From: an uncultured Flavobacteriaceae bacterium
Lineage (GTDB): Bacteria; Bacteroidota; Bacteroidia; Flavobacteriales; Flavobacteriaceae
Direction of reading: 5' to 3'
Assembly: GCA_963975935.1 (NCBI GenBank)
Contig: CAXBIQ010000006.1
Coordinates: 84,493-148,492, forward strand
Length of the DNA stretch: 64,000 bases
Shown here: one piece after another, positions 18,501 through 30,243 of the stretch
How positions within the stretch are numbered: position 1 is the stretch's first letter
Layout: each line of letters opens with the position of its first letter
Translations under genes and position numbers: made by a program
The notes under the pieces: model-generated
What the model was told of the DNA's origin: nothing
Seen by the model: the letters and a program-made list of their open reading frames with translations, nothing else
The model's database searches: none

Positions 18501-20510
18501 ATGGCATTTGAAGATAAAAGCATATTACACCGGCTTTACATCGTTGCAGGATGTATGTTTCTCTTCGCTATTGCTGTGTTATTTAAACTTGTGAATATTC
18601 AGTTTGTTGAAGGGGATAAATACAAAGAACTCGCAAAAATAAACACCACAAAAAACTTTGTCATTCCTGCAAACCGCGGGAATGTCTATGCAGATGACGG
18701 AAGCTTGCTGGCTACATCGGTTCCAAAATATGACATAAGGTTTGATGCTGTTACGGTGAGCAGTGAAAATTTTGAAAAAAACATACAGCCGCTATCCGAA
18801 GCTTTGTCTAAAAAATTTGGCAAATCGGCTTCCTTTTATGAAAATAAGTTCAGAAAAGCACGTGCTGATAAGAACAGGTATTTACTGGTGGTTAGAAAAC
18901 TCGGGTATTCAGATTATATGGAAGTGAAAAGTTTCCCTATGTTTAATCTGGGGCCATTTAAAGGAGGAATCATTACAGAGCAAAGTACGTTTCGGGAGCA
19001 CCCTATTGGGAAAATAGCGGAGCGCATGGTGGGATATGAGCGCATAGATGAAAATGGCTATAAAACACGCGTAGGTCTTGAGGGGGCTTATGGAGAATAT
19101 TTGCAAGGCAAAGACGGCAAACGGCTGAAACAAAAAATAGCCCAAGGCCAGTGGAAACCCATATTTGACGAAAACGAAGTCGAGCCTCAAGACGGTTATG
19201 ATGTAATCTCAACCATTAATATCAATATCCAGGATATTGCGCACCACGCCCTCTTAAAACAGCTGGAAAAATATGAAGCTGATCACGGAACCGTAATTGT
19301 AATGGAAACCAAAACCGGCGAAATCAAAGCCGTGTCAAATTTAGGAAGGACTTCGCAGGGTACTTATTATGAAAAATTAAACTATGCCATTGGGGAATCT
19401 CATGAACCGGGTTCTACCTTTAAAGTAATGGCGCTTACCGCTGCCCTTGATGATAAAGTTATTGACACAAGCACGGTGGTTGATACCGGGAACGGTGTAT
19501 ATTCATTTTATGGCAAAAAGGTTCATGATTCCAGAAAAGGTGGTTATGGAAAAATTTCTGTAGGTACGGCTATTGAGGTTTCATCAAACATCGGTATTGC
19601 AAAAGTTATTGAAGAGCATTATCACAAAAATCCCGCACGCTTTGTTGAGATTCTTCAGAAAATGAATCTGGACAAGCAAATTGGCCTCTCTGTTGTCGGT
19701 GAAGGAAAACCTAAGATACCACACCCGTCTGATAAAACCGGTTGGAGTAAAAATGCACTACCATCTATGGCTTATGGTTATGGAGTTTCCCTTACACCGT
19801 TACAATCACTCACTTTTTATAACGCCATAGCAAACGATGGTGTAATGGTGAAGCCAAGGTTTATAAAGCAGGTAAAAGCCTGGAATAAAGAAATACACAC
19901 ATTTGACAAAGAAATCATAAATCCGCAAATAGCATCTCTGGAAACTATCAAAAAAGTTCAGGAGGTGCTTAAAAATGCAGTGGAAAAAGGAACCGGAAAA
20001 GGCCTTTACTCGCCTGACTTTTCAATGGCGGGAAAAACGGGGACTGCACAAACCGAGTATTGGATGGCAGATTTTGCATCAAACAGAAGGTATATTTCGT
20101 CTTTTGCAGGATATTTTCCGGCAGAAAACCCTAAATATTCCTGTATCGTGGTCATTCACAAACCCAAAGTAACCACAGGATATTACGGAGCAGATGTTGC
20201 CGGGCCGGTATTCAAAAGCATAGCTCAAAAAATATACATTGATTCACCCAATACAGATCGCATAAACAACCTTGAAGCCCTTCAGGCAAACGTCGAAACA
20301 GATTTTCAAAAGTTTTTTACGCTTTCAAAAAAGGACCATACAGCAATACCCAACGTAAAAGGAATGCCGGGAATGGACGCAGTTTCCTTGCTTGAAAACC
20401 TGGGCTTAAAAGTAAAAATTTCCGGAAACGGAACCGTAAAATCACAATCCCTTCCGGAAGGGGAACAATTGATAAAAGGAAAACTAATACTGTTAGAATT
20501 ATCTTCATGA
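18501..20510 (+). CDS. ftsI: Penicillin-binding protein (FtsI/PBP3-type transpeptidase) with C-terminal PASTA-like domain
   Basis: SxxK (GSTFK), SxN (SSN) and KTG (GKTGTA) motifs. The C-terminal sequence VKGMPGMDAVSLLENLGLKVKISGNGTVKSQS is PASTA-like. Confidence 0.9.
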   Translation: MAFEDKSILHRLYIVAGCMFLFAIAVLFKLVNIQFVEGDKYKELAKINTTKNFVIPANRGNVYADDGSLLATSVPKYDIRFDAVTVSSENFEKNIQPLSEALSKKFGKSASFYENKFRKARADKNRYLLVVRKLGYSDYMEVKSFPMFNLGPFKGGIITEQSTFREHPIGKIAERMVGYERIDENGYKTRVGLEGAYGEYLQGKDGKRLKQKIAQGQWKPIFDENEVEPQDGYDVISTININIQDIAHHALLKQLEKYEADHGTVIVMETKTGEIKAVSNLGRTSQGTYYEKLNYAIGESHEPGSTFKVMALTAALDDKVIDTSTVVDTGNGVYSFYGKKVHDSRKGGYGKISVGTAIEVSSNIGIAKVIEEHYHKNPARFVEILQKMNLDKQIGLSVVGEGKPKIPHPSDKTGWSKNALPSMAYGYGVSLTPLQSLTFYNAIANDGVMVKPRFIKQVKAWNKEIHTFDKEIINPQIASLETIKKVQEVLKNAVEKGTGKGLYSPDFSMAGKTGTAQTEYWMADFASNRRYISSFAGYFPAENPKYSCIVVIHKPKVTTGYYGADVAGPVFKSIAQKIYIDSPNTDRINNLEALQANVETDFQKFFTLSKKDHTAIPNVKGMPGMDAVSLLENLGLKVKISGNGTVKSQSLPEGEQLIKGKLILLELSS

Positions 20511-21967
20511 ACCTGAGAGACATTTTATATAAAGTGACAATCAATGCTGTTGTTGGAAACACAGATGTTTCTGTCAGCAACCTTGAGTTCGACTCCAGAA
20601 AAGTCGCATTCAATGATTGCTTTATCGCTTTGAGCGGAACCATCTCTGACGGTCATGATTTTATTGAAAAAGCTGTCAACCAGGGAGCTTTGGCTGTAGT
20701 TTGCGAAAAATTGCCTGAGGTGTTGATCAACGGTGTGACCTATGTTCAGGTGGAAGATTCAAAAAGAGCGCTGGCTATTATGGCTTCCAACTATTTTGGC
20801 ACTCCTTCTGAAAAGATAAAACTAATTGGTATTACCGGAACAAACGGCAAGACAACCATCGCCACCCTATTATACCACCTTTTTAAAAATGCCGGATACA
20901 AAGTGGGATTGCTTTCCACTGTGAAGATTTTGGTTGACGATGAGGAATATACAGCAACACATACGACCCCTGACTCTGTTACCCTGAATTATTACCTCAA
21001 TGAAATGGTAATTCAAGGTGTGGAATATTGCTTTATGGAAGTAAGCTCTCACGGTATCCATCAAAAACGCACGGAGGCTTTAAAATTTGCCGGTGGGGTG
21101 TTTACAAACCTATCACAGGATCATTTGGATTACCACAACACTTTTGCCGAATACCGCGATGTTAAAAAAGCTTTTTTTGATCAATTGCCAAAAACGGCTT
21201 TTGCCCTTGTAAATGAAGATGACAAAAACGGTATGGTAATGCTTCAAAATACAAAAGCACAGAAATATACTTATGCTTTAAAAACGCAGGCAGACTTTAA
21301 AGCGCATGTCTTGGAGAACCAGTTCAGCGGGCTTTTATTAAAAATAAACAACAATGAAGTCTGGTCCAAACTTATCGGAAATTTTAATGCTTATAATTTG
21401 CTTGCTATCTATGGTGTGGCTTCACTTTTAGGGTTGGAAGAGCTTGAAATATTAAGACTCATCAGTGAACTGGAAAGCGTTAGCGGAAGGTTTCAATATC
21501 AAATATCAGAACAAAAAATCACTGCAATAGTTGATTATGCACACACCCCTGATGCGTTAAAAAATGTCCTCGAAACCATCAACAGCATTCGCACGGGAAA
21601 TGAAACGTTGATTACTGTTGTGGGCTGTGGCGGAAACAGGGACGCTACAAAACGCCCCAAAATGGGTCACATCGCTTCTGCATTGAGCAACAAGGTGATT
21701 TTTACAAGCGACAACCCCAGAAATGAAGACCCTGACGCTATCATAGCAGATGTAGAAAAGGGCGTTGAGCCCCAAAATTATAAAAAAACAATGGCGATTA
21801 CAGACCGTAAACAAGCCATCAAAACGGCATGCCAACTTGCCGAAAACAATGACATCATATTAATTGCCGGAAAAGGCCATGAAACCTATCAGGAAATAAA
21901 AGGAGAGCGATTTGATTTTGATGATTTTAAAATAGTAAATGAATTTTTAAAGCAATTAAACAAATAA
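20507..21967 (+). CDS. murE: UDP-N-acetylmuramoyl-L-alanyl-D-glutamate--2,6-diaminopimelate ligase
   Basis: Mur ligase P-loop GITGTNGKTT and a DNPR motif (TSDNPRNEDP). Confidence 0.92.
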   Translation: MNLRDILYKVTINAVVGNTDVSVSNLEFDSRKVAFNDCFIALSGTISDGHDFIEKAVNQGALAVVCEKLPEVLINGVTYVQVEDSKRALAIMASNYFGTPSEKIKLIGITGTNGKTTIATLLYHLFKNAGYKVGLLSTVKILVDDEEYTATHTTPDSVTLNYYLNEMVIQGVEYCFMEVSSHGIHQKRTEALKFAGGVFTNLSQDHLDYHNTFAEYRDVKKAFFDQLPKTAFALVNEDDKNGMVMLQNTKAQKYTYALKTQADFKAHVLENQFSGLLLKINNNEVWSKLIGNFNAYNLLAIYGVASLLGLEELEILRLISELESVSGRFQYQISEQKITAIVDYAHTPDALKNVLETINSIRTGNETLITVVGCGGNRDATKRPKMGHIASALSNKVIFTSDNPRNEDPDAIIADVEKGVEPQNYKKTMAITDRKQAIKTACQLAENNDIILIAGKGHETYQEIKGERFDFDDFKIVNEFLKQLNK

Positions 21968-21970
21968 CAT

Positions 21971-23203
21971 ATGTTGTATTACTTGTTTGACTATTTAGAT
22001 AAAAACTTCAATATACCGGGAGCGGGGCTTTTCCAGTTTATCTCCTTTCGCTCTGCTATGGCAATCATTGTCTCTTTGTTTATTGCAATTGTTTACGGAA
22101 AAAAAATCATCAATTATCTCAAGAAAAAGCAAATTGGAGAAACCGTGCGTGACTTGGGCCTCGAAGGTCAAAATGAAAAAGCAGGTACGCCCACGATGGG
22201 AGGAATCATAATCATTTTAGCCACATTGATTCCTGTTTTCCTTTTCGCAAAACTTGATAATATATATGTCATTCTGCTCATTTTTACAACCATCTGGATG
22301 GGGATCATAGGGTTTATAGATGACTACATAAAAACGTTTAAGAAAAACAAACAAGGGCTCCCCGGAAAATTTAAGGTTTTCGGTCAGGTGGCTCTGGGGA
22401 TTGTCGTGGGGGCAACGATGTATTTCCACCCTGAAATTAATGTAAAACTTGATGATGAAATGCAGGTTAAAACTCATCAGGTTGCACAACTGAGTGATCA
22501 GCAGGTAGCCAATCAAGAAACAAAAGCCCTGGTGACGACCATTCCATTTGTCAAAAACAATGAGTTTGATTATTCGCAACTCATCAGTTGGATGGGAACC
22601 GGCTATTTAAAATATGCCTGGTTGCTATTTATTCCCATTGTGATTTTCATAGTCACTGCAGTGTCAAATGGAGCCAATCTTACCGATGGTATTGACGGTT
22701 TGGCCGCAGGTACTTCGGCGATAATAGTATTGACCTTGGGAATTTTTGCCTGGGTTTCGGGCAACGTTATTTTTTCAGATTATCTCAATATAATGTACAT
22801 CCCCAGAACGGGGGAGATGACCATTTTTATTACCGCTTTTGTGGGAGCACTCATCGGGTTTTTATGGTACAACACTTTTCCTGCCCAGGTTTTTATGGGC
22901 GATACGGGAAGTTTGACTATTGGAGGAATCATTGCTGTTATCGCAATTGCTGTGAGAAAGGAATTATTGATTCCCATTTTGTGCGGTATATTTTTTCTGG
23001 AAACAATTTCAGTGATGTTGCAGGTGAGTTGGTTTAAGTATACCAAAAAAAAGTTTGGAGAAGGAAAGCGCATTTTCAGGATGTCACCCATTCATCATCA
23101 TTACCAGATAAAAGGATATCATGAAAGCAAGATTGTAACGCGTTTTTGGATTGTCGGGATTATCCTTGCGGTATTGACCATTGTTACTTTAAAACTCAGA
23201 TAA
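21971..23203 (+). CDS. mraY: Phospho-N-acetylmuramoyl-pentapeptide transferase
   Basis: Polytopic membrane protein with [10 protein letters not shown] and MGDTGS motifs. Confidence 0.92.
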   Translation: MLYYLFDYLDKNFNIPGAGLFQFISFRSAMAIIVSLFIAIVYGKKIINYLKKKQIGETVRDLGLEGQNEKAGTPTMGGIIIILATLIPVFLFAKLDNIYVILLIFTTIWMGIIGFIDDYIKTFKKNKQGLPGKFKVFGQVALGIVVGATMYFHPEINVKLDDEMQVKTHQVAQLSDQQVANQETKALVTTIPFVKNNEFDYSQLISWMGTGYLKYAWLLFIPIVIFIVTAVSNGANLTDGIDGLAAGTSAIIVLTLGIFAWVSGNVIFSDYLNIMYIPRTGEMTIFITAFVGALIGFLWYNTFPAQVFMGDTGSLTIGGIIAVIAIAVRKELLIPILCGIFFLETISVMLQVSWFKYTKKKFGEGKRIFRMSPIHHHYQIKGYHESKIVTRFWIVGIILAVLTIVTLKLR

Positions 23204-24538
23204 ATGGAGCGGCTGGTGATATTGGGTGCCGGTGAAAGCGGCATAGGTACGGCCCTGTTGGGAAAGAAAGAAGGATATGATGTGTTTGTGTCAGACAAGC
23301 AAAAAATAAAAGAAAAATACAAAGAAGTTCTTATACATAATGAGATTGCATGGGAAGAAGAAAAGCATACCGAGCCCCTTATTTGCAATGCTGATGTGGT
23401 GATGAAAAGCCCGGGTATCCCGGAAACGGTTCCGATCGTAAAAAAGCTGATTGAAAATAAGATTCCGGTAATATCTGAAATCGAATTTGCATCACAATTT
23501 ACAGATGCCATCATCATCGGGATTACGGGCAGTAACGGTAAAACGACCACAGCAACATTGACGTATTATTTGCTGAAAAAAGGCGGATTGAATGTCGCAC
23601 TTGCCGGAAACATTGGCGATAGTTTTGCGAAAAAAGTGTCTGAGGGACGTTATGATTTTTTTGTCCTGGAACTGAGCAGTTTTCAACTGGATGGAATCAT
23701 CAATTTCAGGCCGCATATTGCAATTTTGACAAACATAACACCTGATCATTTGGATCGATATGATAACAATATTGATAACTATATCGCTTCAAAATTCAGG
23801 ATTGTAAAAAATCAGGTCGATACAGATTATTTCATTTATGATGCAGATAATGAAGTAATTGAAAAGAGTTTGAAAAAATTTCCCATAGCATCACAAAAAG
23901 CACCTTTTTCACTGGTGAAAAAATTAGAGAAAGGAGCTTACAAAGAAAATGACAACATAATAATAACAGTACATAATAAAATCATAGAAATGCCAACAAA
24001 AACATTACAGTTACAAGGAGACCACAATTTAAAAAATGCTATGGCAGCATCAACAGTTGCAAAGCTTTTGAGTATCAGAAAAGCAACCATAAGGGAGAGT
24101 TTAGCAAACTTTCAAGGGGTGGAGCACCGGTTGGAAACGGTTTTGAAAATTCAAAACGTGACCTATATCAATGATTCAAAAGCCACTAATGTCAATGCAA
24201 CTTTTTATGCCCTTGACAGCATGAAAACCCCTACGGTATGGATTGTTGGCGGTGTTGACAAAGGCAATGTTTATGAAGAACTATTGCCTCTTGTAAATGA
24301 AAAAGTAAAAGCAATCATTTGTTTGGGCCTTGACAATCAAAAAATCATCAATGCCTTTGGAAATGTAGTGCCTTTAATGATGGAAACAGAATCAATGGAA
24401 GACGCTGTAAAGTTGGCATACAGGGTTTCTGAAAAAGGGGATACAGTATTATTGTCTCCTGCGTGCGCAAGTTTTGATTTGTTTGAAAACTATGAAGACA
24501 GGGGCCGTCAGTTTAAGGATGCCGTAAGAAATTTATAA
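23204..24538 (+). CDS. murD: UDP-N-acetylmuramoylalanine--D-glutamate ligase
   Basis: N-terminal Rossmann motif GAGESG and Mur ligase P-loop GITGSNGKTTT. Confidence 0.92.
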   Translation: MERLVILGAGESGIGTALLGKKEGYDVFVSDKQKIKEKYKEVLIHNEIAWEEEKHTEPLICNADVVMKSPGIPETVPIVKKLIENKIPVISEIEFASQFTDAIIIGITGSNGKTTTATLTYYLLKKGGLNVALAGNIGDSFAKKVSEGRYDFFVLELSSFQLDGIINFRPHIAILTNITPDHLDRYDNNIDNYIASKFRIVKNQVDTDYFIYDADNEVIEKSLKKFPIASQKAPFSLVKKLEKGAYKENDNIIITVHNKIIEMPTKTLQLQGDHNLKNAMAASTVAKLLSIRKATIRESLANFQGVEHRLETVLKIQNVTYINDSKATNVNATFYALDSMKTPTVWIVGGVDKGNVYEELLPLVNEKVKAIICLGLDNQKIINAFGNVVPLMMETESMEDAVKLAYRVSEKGDTVLLSPACASFDLFENYEDRGRQFKDAVRNL

Positions 24539-24557
24539 AATAAAGAAAACCTAAAAA

Positions 24558-25751
24558 ATGAAACAATATTTGCAAAAACTGGAAGGAGATAAGGCCATAT
24601 GGGCCGTAGCTGCTCTGTTGGCAATATTGTCCTTTTTGCCGGTGTATAGCTCTAGTAGTAATCTGGCATATCTGTATGGCGGTAACGGAAACACCTTAAG
24701 CTACCTGTTGAAACACGGTATGCACCTGGTTTTAGGTTTTACCATAATGTTTGGCGTTCATAAAATTCCCTATAATTACTTTAAGGCACTTTCTATTTTA
24801 GCATTGCCCGTTGTGGCCATCCTTCTTTTATATACCCTAACACAAGGAACCACAATACAGGGAGCCAATGCCAGTCGCTGGATTCAAATTCCTTTTGTGG
24901 GCATTACATTTCAGACATCGGCACTGGCGATGGTGGTTCTGCTTGTTTATGTTGCGAGATACCTTACTAAAATCAAAGATAAAGTCATTACGTTTAAAGA
25001 AAGCATCCTGCCGCTTTGGGTTCCTGTTTTTGTGATTGTTGGCCTTATTCTTCCGGCGAACTTCTCAACGGCAGCCATCATATTTGCAATGGTGATCCTG
25101 CTGGTGTTTTTGGGAGGATATCCCATCAGGTATTTGCTTTCGGTTTTGGGAATAGGAATCGTTATGCTGACCATTTTTGTACTTTCGGCGAAAGCCTTCC
25201 CCGATTTATTTCCCAACCGTGTTGATACCTGGATCAGCCGTGTCGAAAGCTTTACAGATGCAAAAAGCGCCGAAGAAGGCTATCAGATTGAAAAAGCAAA
25301 AATTGCAATTGCCACAGGCGGTGTTACAGGATTGGGTCCCGGAAAGAGTGTGCAGAAAAACTTCCTACCCCAGTCCTCTTCAGATTTTATTTTTGCCATA
25401 ATTATAGAAGAGTTTGGACTGATTGGCGCCATTTTATTGCTTTTTCTGTATATGCTGCTGTTGTTCAGGTTGCTCATTGTGGCAAACAAAGCATTGTCAA
25501 CCTTTGGAAAACTGCTGGTGGTTGCCGTGGGGGTGCCCATTGTCTTTCAGGCATTGATCAATATGGCAGTTGCGGTTGAGTTGTTTCCGGTTACCGGGCA
25601 GACATTGCCGTTGATAAGTAGTGGCGGAACATCTATCTGGATGACCTGTCTGGCACTGGGTATTATTTTAAGCGTAAGCGCAAAACGAAAAGAAGAAGTT
25701 AAAGAAGAGAAACAAGAAAACCCTTTAGATATTTTAAGTGAAACCATATAA
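24558..25751 (+). CDS. ftsW: SEDS-family peptidoglycan glycosyltransferase FtsW
   Basis: Ten-TM SEDS pattern ([22 protein letters not shown]) and position in the dcw cluster. Confidence 0.88.
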   Translation: MKQYLQKLEGDKAIWAVAALLAILSFLPVYSSSSNLAYLYGGNGNTLSYLLKHGMHLVLGFTIMFGVHKIPYNYFKALSILALPVVAILLLYTLTQGTTIQGANASRWIQIPFVGITFQTSALAMVVLLVYVARYLTKIKDKVITFKESILPLWVPVFVIVGLILPANFSTAAIIFAMVILLVFLGGYPIRYLLSVLGIGIVMLTIFVLSAKAFPDLFPNRVDTWISRVESFTDAKSAEEGYQIEKAKIAIATGGVTGLGPGKSVQKNFLPQSSSDFIFAIIIEEFGLIGAILLLFLYMLLLFRLLIVANKALSTFGKLLVVAVGVPIVFQALINMAVAVELFPVTGQTLPLISSGGTSIWMTCLALGIILSVSAKRKEEVKEEKQENPLDILSETI

Positions 25752-26829
25752 ATTCATACTGTCAGGAGGTGGAACGGGTGGTCATATCTACCCTGCGATA
25801 GCTATTGCTAACGAACTAAAGGCGAGGCACCCCCAAGCCCGTTTTTTGTTTGTTGGTGCCCGTGACCGTATGGAAATGCAAAAAGTACCAAAAGCCGGCT
25901 ATGAAATTGAAGGTTTGTGGATTTCAGGATTGCAACGCAAGCTGACAGCTAAAAACCTCGCTTTTCCCTTTAAGTTAATTCACAGTTTAGCGCGTTCAAG
26001 AAAAATTGTAAAATCGTTCCAACCCGATGTGGTTATTGGAACCGGAGGCTATGCAAGCGCTCCATTACTTAGGGTTGCTTCCGGAAAAAATATTCCGTGC
26101 TTAATACAGGAACAAAATTCGTTTGCAGGCATTGCCAACAAATGGTTGGCAAAAAAAGTAAAGACAATCTGTGTGGCTTACGCCGGAATGGAAAAATTCT
26201 TTCCGAAAGAAAAAATCGTCCTTACCGGAAACCCCGTGAGGCAGGATATTGAAGATATAGTTGCAAAGAGGGAAACAGCCATCAGTCATTTTAATTTAAA
26301 AAGTGACCGCAAAACCCTGCTTGTTTTGGGCGGAAGTCTTGGTGCAAGAACCATCAATCAATTGACGGAAAAGTCGCTACCCCTTTTTGAAGAGAAAAAT
26401 CTTCAGGTAATCTGGCAAACGGGTGCATACTATTATGAAACCTATAAAAATCATGATGAGGAAGAAAATGTTCAGGTGCATGATTTTTTATATCAGATGG
26501 ACTTGGCCTATGCCGCCGCAGATGTTGTGATTTCAAGGGCCGGGGCACTTTCAGTTTCCGAATTGTGTATGGTTGGCAAACCGGTAATTTTTATTCCGTC
26601 GCCCAACGTTGCTGAAGACCATCAAAAGAAAAATGCACAGGCCGTTGCACAGGAGAACGCTGCTATTCTCATTGAAGAAAAAGATCTGGATGTGGTTTTT
26701 AATGACCGGTTTAGTGAGCTTATGGAATCTGAGGAATTGCAAGAACAATTCTCAAAAAACATATTAAAACTGGCAAAACCCAATGCTACAAAAGCAATTG
26801 CCGACGAAATTGATAAACTATTAAAATGA
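25738..26829 (+). CDS. murG: Undecaprenyldiphospho-muramoylpentapeptide beta-N-acetylglucosaminyltransferase
   Basis: [12 protein letters not shown] motif. GTG start overlapping the ftsW end. Confidence 0.92.
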   Translation: MKPYKFILSGGGTGGHIYPAIAIANELKARHPQARFLFVGARDRMEMQKVPKAGYEIEGLWISGLQRKLTAKNLAFPFKLIHSLARSRKIVKSFQPDVVIGTGGYASAPLLRVASGKNIPCLIQEQNSFAGIANKWLAKKVKTICVAYAGMEKFFPKEKIVLTGNPVRQDIEDIVAKRETAISHFNLKSDRKTLLVLGGSLGARTINQLTEKSLPLFEEKNLQVIWQTGAYYYETYKNHDEEENVQVHDFLYQMDLAYAAADVVISRAGALSVSELCMVGKPVIFIPSPNVAEDHQKKNAQAVAQENAAILIEEKDLDVVFNDRFSELMESEELQEQFSKNILKLAKPNATKAIADEIDKLLK

Positions 26830-28178
26830 CAGACATAACCCACATAAAAAACTTTTACTTCGTTGGCATCGGCGGCATCGGCATGAGTGCTTTGGCTCGC
26901 TATTTCAATGCCTTGAAGAAAGAAGTTTCGGGTTATGACAAAACCCCTTCAGAAATTACCAAAGCATTGCAAAAAGAAGGCATTGCTGTGGTTTTTGAAG
27001 ATGATGTGAGTTTGATTGATCCAAATTACAAAGTGGATGATACACTCGTGGTTTATACGCCTGCAATCCCTGTGGAAAGTAGCATTTTAAACAGCTTTAA
27101 AGAAAAAGGATTTCAAGTAATCAAGCGTGCAGCACTTTTAGGTCTTGTAACCAAAAATACAAAATGCCTTGCTGTGGCCGGGACCCATGGTAAAACAACT
27201 ACTTCCGCGATATTGGGCCATTTACTGGCCTATGCAAATGAAGAAGTAACTGCTTTTCTTGGGGGTGTTTCAGAAAACTATAACTCCAATTTGATTCAAA
27301 ACGGAACCAAAGTAACCGTTGTTGAAGCAGATGAATTTGATCGTTCCTTTTTGCAACTCCATCCTTTTATTGCCGGTATCACCTCGATGGATGCAGATCA
27401 TCTGGACATTTACGGAGATGAAGAAACGATTGTTGATGCTTTCAAATCCTTTGCAAACCTGGTTCCAAAAGATGGACATTTACTTCATAAAAAAGGACTT
27501 CCGCTAAACGGTAAAACAGTGGGTATAGAAGAAGATGCCGACTTTGAAGCTCAAAATGTACGCATCAAAGACGGAAGCTACCTCTTTGATTTTAAGACAC
27601 CGCACACCACATTATACAATTTAACGCTTAACCTTCCGGGTCGACACAACCTGTTTAATGCTTCCTTAGCTTTGGGTATGGCTGTATGTTTAGGTTCCCC
27701 AACCCACATCCTGCCCGAAGCTTTATTGAATTTCAAAGGTGTAAAAAGGCGCTTTTCCTATAAAATTAAAACCGATGATTTTGTTTTGATTGATGATTAT
27801 GCACATCATCCTGAAGAAATCAATGCCGTGCATCAGGCCGTGCGTGAAATGTACCCGAATAAAAAAATAACGGTGGTCTTTCAGCCACATTTATTCAGTA
27901 GGACAAAAGATTTTGTTGAAGGCTTTGCCAAAAGCTTATCACAATTTGACAGTGTTTTGTTGCTGGATATTTATCCGGCACGGGAAAAACCCATTGAAGG
28001 AATCACCTCCTCATGGTTGCTTGAAAAAATTGATAATCAACATAAAAACCTGATTTCAAAAAGTGAAATATCAGGAGCGATAAAGAAAATAAATGCACCG
28101 GTCAATGTGATGCTGGGTGCAGGAGATATAGGTGAGGAAGTGCAAAAAGTAGTAAGTGAATTAGAACATGAAAATTAA
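26826..28178 (+). CDS. murC: UDP-N-acetylmuramate--L-alanine ligase
   Basis: [11 protein letters not shown] and [11 protein letters not shown] motifs. Confidence 0.92.
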   Translation: MTDITHIKNFYFVGIGGIGMSALARYFNALKKEVSGYDKTPSEITKALQKEGIAVVFEDDVSLIDPNYKVDDTLVVYTPAIPVESSILNSFKEKGFQVIKRAALLGLVTKNTKCLAVAGTHGKTTTSAILGHLLAYANEEVTAFLGGVSENYNSNLIQNGTKVTVVEADEFDRSFLQLHPFIAGITSMDADHLDIYGDEETIVDAFKSFANLVPKDGHLLHKKGLPLNGKTVGIEEDADFEAQNVRIKDGSYLFDFKTPHTTLYNLTLNLPGRHNLFNASLALGMAVCLGSPTHILPEALLNFKGVKRRFSYKIKTDDFVLIDDYAHHPEEINAVHQAVREMYPNKKITVVFQPHLFSRTKDFVEGFAKSLSQFDSVLLLDIYPAREKPIEGITSSWLLEKIDNQHKNLISKSEISGAIKKINAPVNVMLGAGDIGEEVQKVVSELEHEN

Positions 28179-28884
28179 CTGGGATTACATAAAATTTGGG
28201 TTTCTCATCATTATGGTGATGTTTCTTTTTGCGTTTAGTTCACAGCGAAACGGGCAACGAAACCTTGTAGCAAAAGAGGTTGTTTTTCTGGAAGATGACA
28301 ACCATTTTATCACGCTTTCCATGGTTAATAAATTGTTAATACAAAATCAGGAGACCGTTACGGGCATAGCCAAAGAAATTTTAGATTTGAAAGAGATGGA
28401 ACATAGGCTCAATAAAAACCCTATGATTTCAAACGCAGAAGTATTTGTTACCGTTGACGGTATTTTAGGGGCAAAAATAAAACAACGAAAACCTATAGCA
28501 CGTGTCGCCGCATCGACACCTTTTTACATTGATGAGAATGGAAAAGAGATGCCGCTTTCAGAGGTTTATGCAGCAAGAGTACCTTTAATCACCGGAGAAA
28601 AAGTTTCAGATTACAACACATTAAAAGTACTTCTGTTAAAAATCAGGGAAGATGCTTTTATGAACAATCACGTGGTAGGAATTCACATTGAACCCAATCA
28701 GGAATTGACACTTTTTTTGAGGGTTTACGATTTTAAAATACAGTTTGGAAAAGCTGAAAACATTGAAAAGAAGTTTCAAAACTTTAAAGCATTTTATCAA
28801 AAAACAACAAATGACAATACATTATCCTCTTACGCCCTGGTGAATTTAAAATTGAACAGTCAGGTTGTGGGAACAAAAAAATAA
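28168..28884 (+). CDS. ftsQ: Cell-division protein FtsQ
   Basis: Bitopic protein (TM helix GFLIIMVMFLFAF) with a POTRA-like region, in the conserved position between murC and ftsA. Confidence 0.7.
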   Translation: MKINWDYIKFGFLIIMVMFLFAFSSQRNGQRNLVAKEVVFLEDDNHFITLSMVNKLLIQNQETVTGIAKEILDLKEMEHRLNKNPMISNAEVFVTVDGILGAKIKQRKPIARVAASTPFYIDENGKEMPLSEVYAARVPLITGEKVSDYNTLKVLLLKIREDAFMNNHVVGIHIEPNQELTLFLRVYDFKIQFGKAENIEKKFQNFKAFYQKTTNDNTLSSYALVNLKLNSQVVGTKK

Positions 28885-28887
28885 GGT

Positions 28888-30210
28888 ATGGAACACAAGA
28901 ATATTGCAGTAGGTTTAGACATTGGTACAACAAAGATTGTCGCCATGATTGGATGCCATAACGAATATGGAAAAATGGAAATTCTTGGGATTGGCAAAGC
29001 CAAAAGCCTGGGAGTACACAGGGGGGTGGTAAACAATATTACCCAAACCATCCAATCCATTCAGCAGGCGGTTGAAGCTGCTGAGGTCTCCTCAGGGATA
29101 AAAATCACTGATGTTGTAGCCGGTATAGCCGGGCAGCACATCAGAAGCATTCAGCACAGCGACTATATTACCCGAAAGGATGGTGAAGAAGTAATTAATG
29201 ATAAAGATATCGAAACGCTATGCAGCCAGGTTCACAAACTTGTGATGCTGCCGGGCGAAGAAATTATCCATGTGTTGCCACAGGATTATAAAGTTGACGG
29301 TCAAGCCGAAATCAAAGAACCCATCGGTATGTATGGTGCACGACTGGAAGCCAATTTCCATGTTGTGGTGGGTCAGGTATCATCCATCCGGAATATTGGA
29401 AGGTGTATTAAAAGTTCCGGTTTGGAACTGGCCGGGATTACGCTGGAACCCCTTGCGTCTGCAAACGCAGTATTGAGTCAGGAAGAGAAAGAAGCCGGTG
29501 TGGCATTGATTGATATTGGTGGGGGTACAACAGATCTGGCGATTTTCAAGGACGGGATCATTCGTCATACCGCTGTGATTCCTTTTGGTGGAAATGTTAT
29601 TACTGAGGATATCAAGGAAGGATGTTCCATCATCGAGAAGCAAGCAGAAATGCTGAAAATAAAATTTGGTTCTGCCTGGCCGGGAGAGAATAAAGATAAC
29701 GAGATTGTATCTATCCCCGGATTGCGCGGAAGGGAACCCAAAGAAATCACCTTGAAAAATCTTTCCAAAATCATTCACGCCCGTGTAGTGGAAATTGTGG
29801 AACAGGTTTATACAGAAATCAAGGCCTATGGCCATGAAGAACAAAAGAAGAAACTCATTGCCGGTATAGTCATTACCGGTGGAGGCGCACAGTTAAAACA
29901 CTTAAAACAGCTGGTTGAATATACCACCGGCATGGATACCCGAATAGGTTTCCCAAATGAACACCTTGCCGGAAACAGCGATACAGAAACCACCAGCCCT
30001 GTATTTGCCACAGCGGTGGGACTTGTGTTAAACAGTCTTGAGAAATCAAGAAAGTTTGTAAAGCAGGAGGCTGTTGTAGATTTCCAAGATGAAGAAGCAG
30101 TTCCGGAAGCACAAAAGGAACAAGAGGGTGCCAAAATTTCAAGAGCGCGTAAGAGTTTCTTTGAAAAATGGGCAGATAAGTTTAAGGAGTTTTTAGATAA
30201 CGCCGAGTAA
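28888..30210 (+). CDS. ftsA: Cell-division protein FtsA
   Basis: Actin-fold phosphate motifs (GLDIGTTKIVA, IDIGGGTTD) and a C-terminal amphipathic tail. Confidence 0.92.
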   Translation: MEHKNIAVGLDIGTTKIVAMIGCHNEYGKMEILGIGKAKSLGVHRGVVNNITQTIQSIQQAVEAAEVSSGIKITDVVAGIAGQHIRSIQHSDYITRKDGEEVINDKDIETLCSQVHKLVMLPGEEIIHVLPQDYKVDGQAEIKEPIGMYGARLEANFHVVVGQVSSIRNIGRCIKSSGLELAGITLEPLASANAVLSQEEKEAGVALIDIGGGTTDLAIFKDGIIRHTAVIPFGGNVITEDIKEGCSIIEKQAEMLKIKFGSAWPGENKDNEIVSIPGLRGREPKEITLKNLSKIIHARVVEIVEQVYTEIKAYGHEEQKKKLIAGIVITGGGAQLKHLKQLVEYTTGMDTRIGFPNEHLAGNSDTETTSPVFATAVGLVLNSLEKSRKFVKQEAVVDFQDEEAVPEAQKEQEGAKISRARKSFFEKWADKFKEFLDNAE

Positions 30211-30243
30211 AAAAAGAATTTAGAATTTCAAAAATATAGTATT

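Noticed and set aside
23119-23550. 143-aa minus-strand ORF, and similar antisense ORFs throughout the dcw cluster (e.g. 29380-29844, 29826-30134, 30351-30617, 60033-60695)
   Set aside because: All lie opposite strongly supported conserved genes and have no start context or motifs. They are shadow ORFs.
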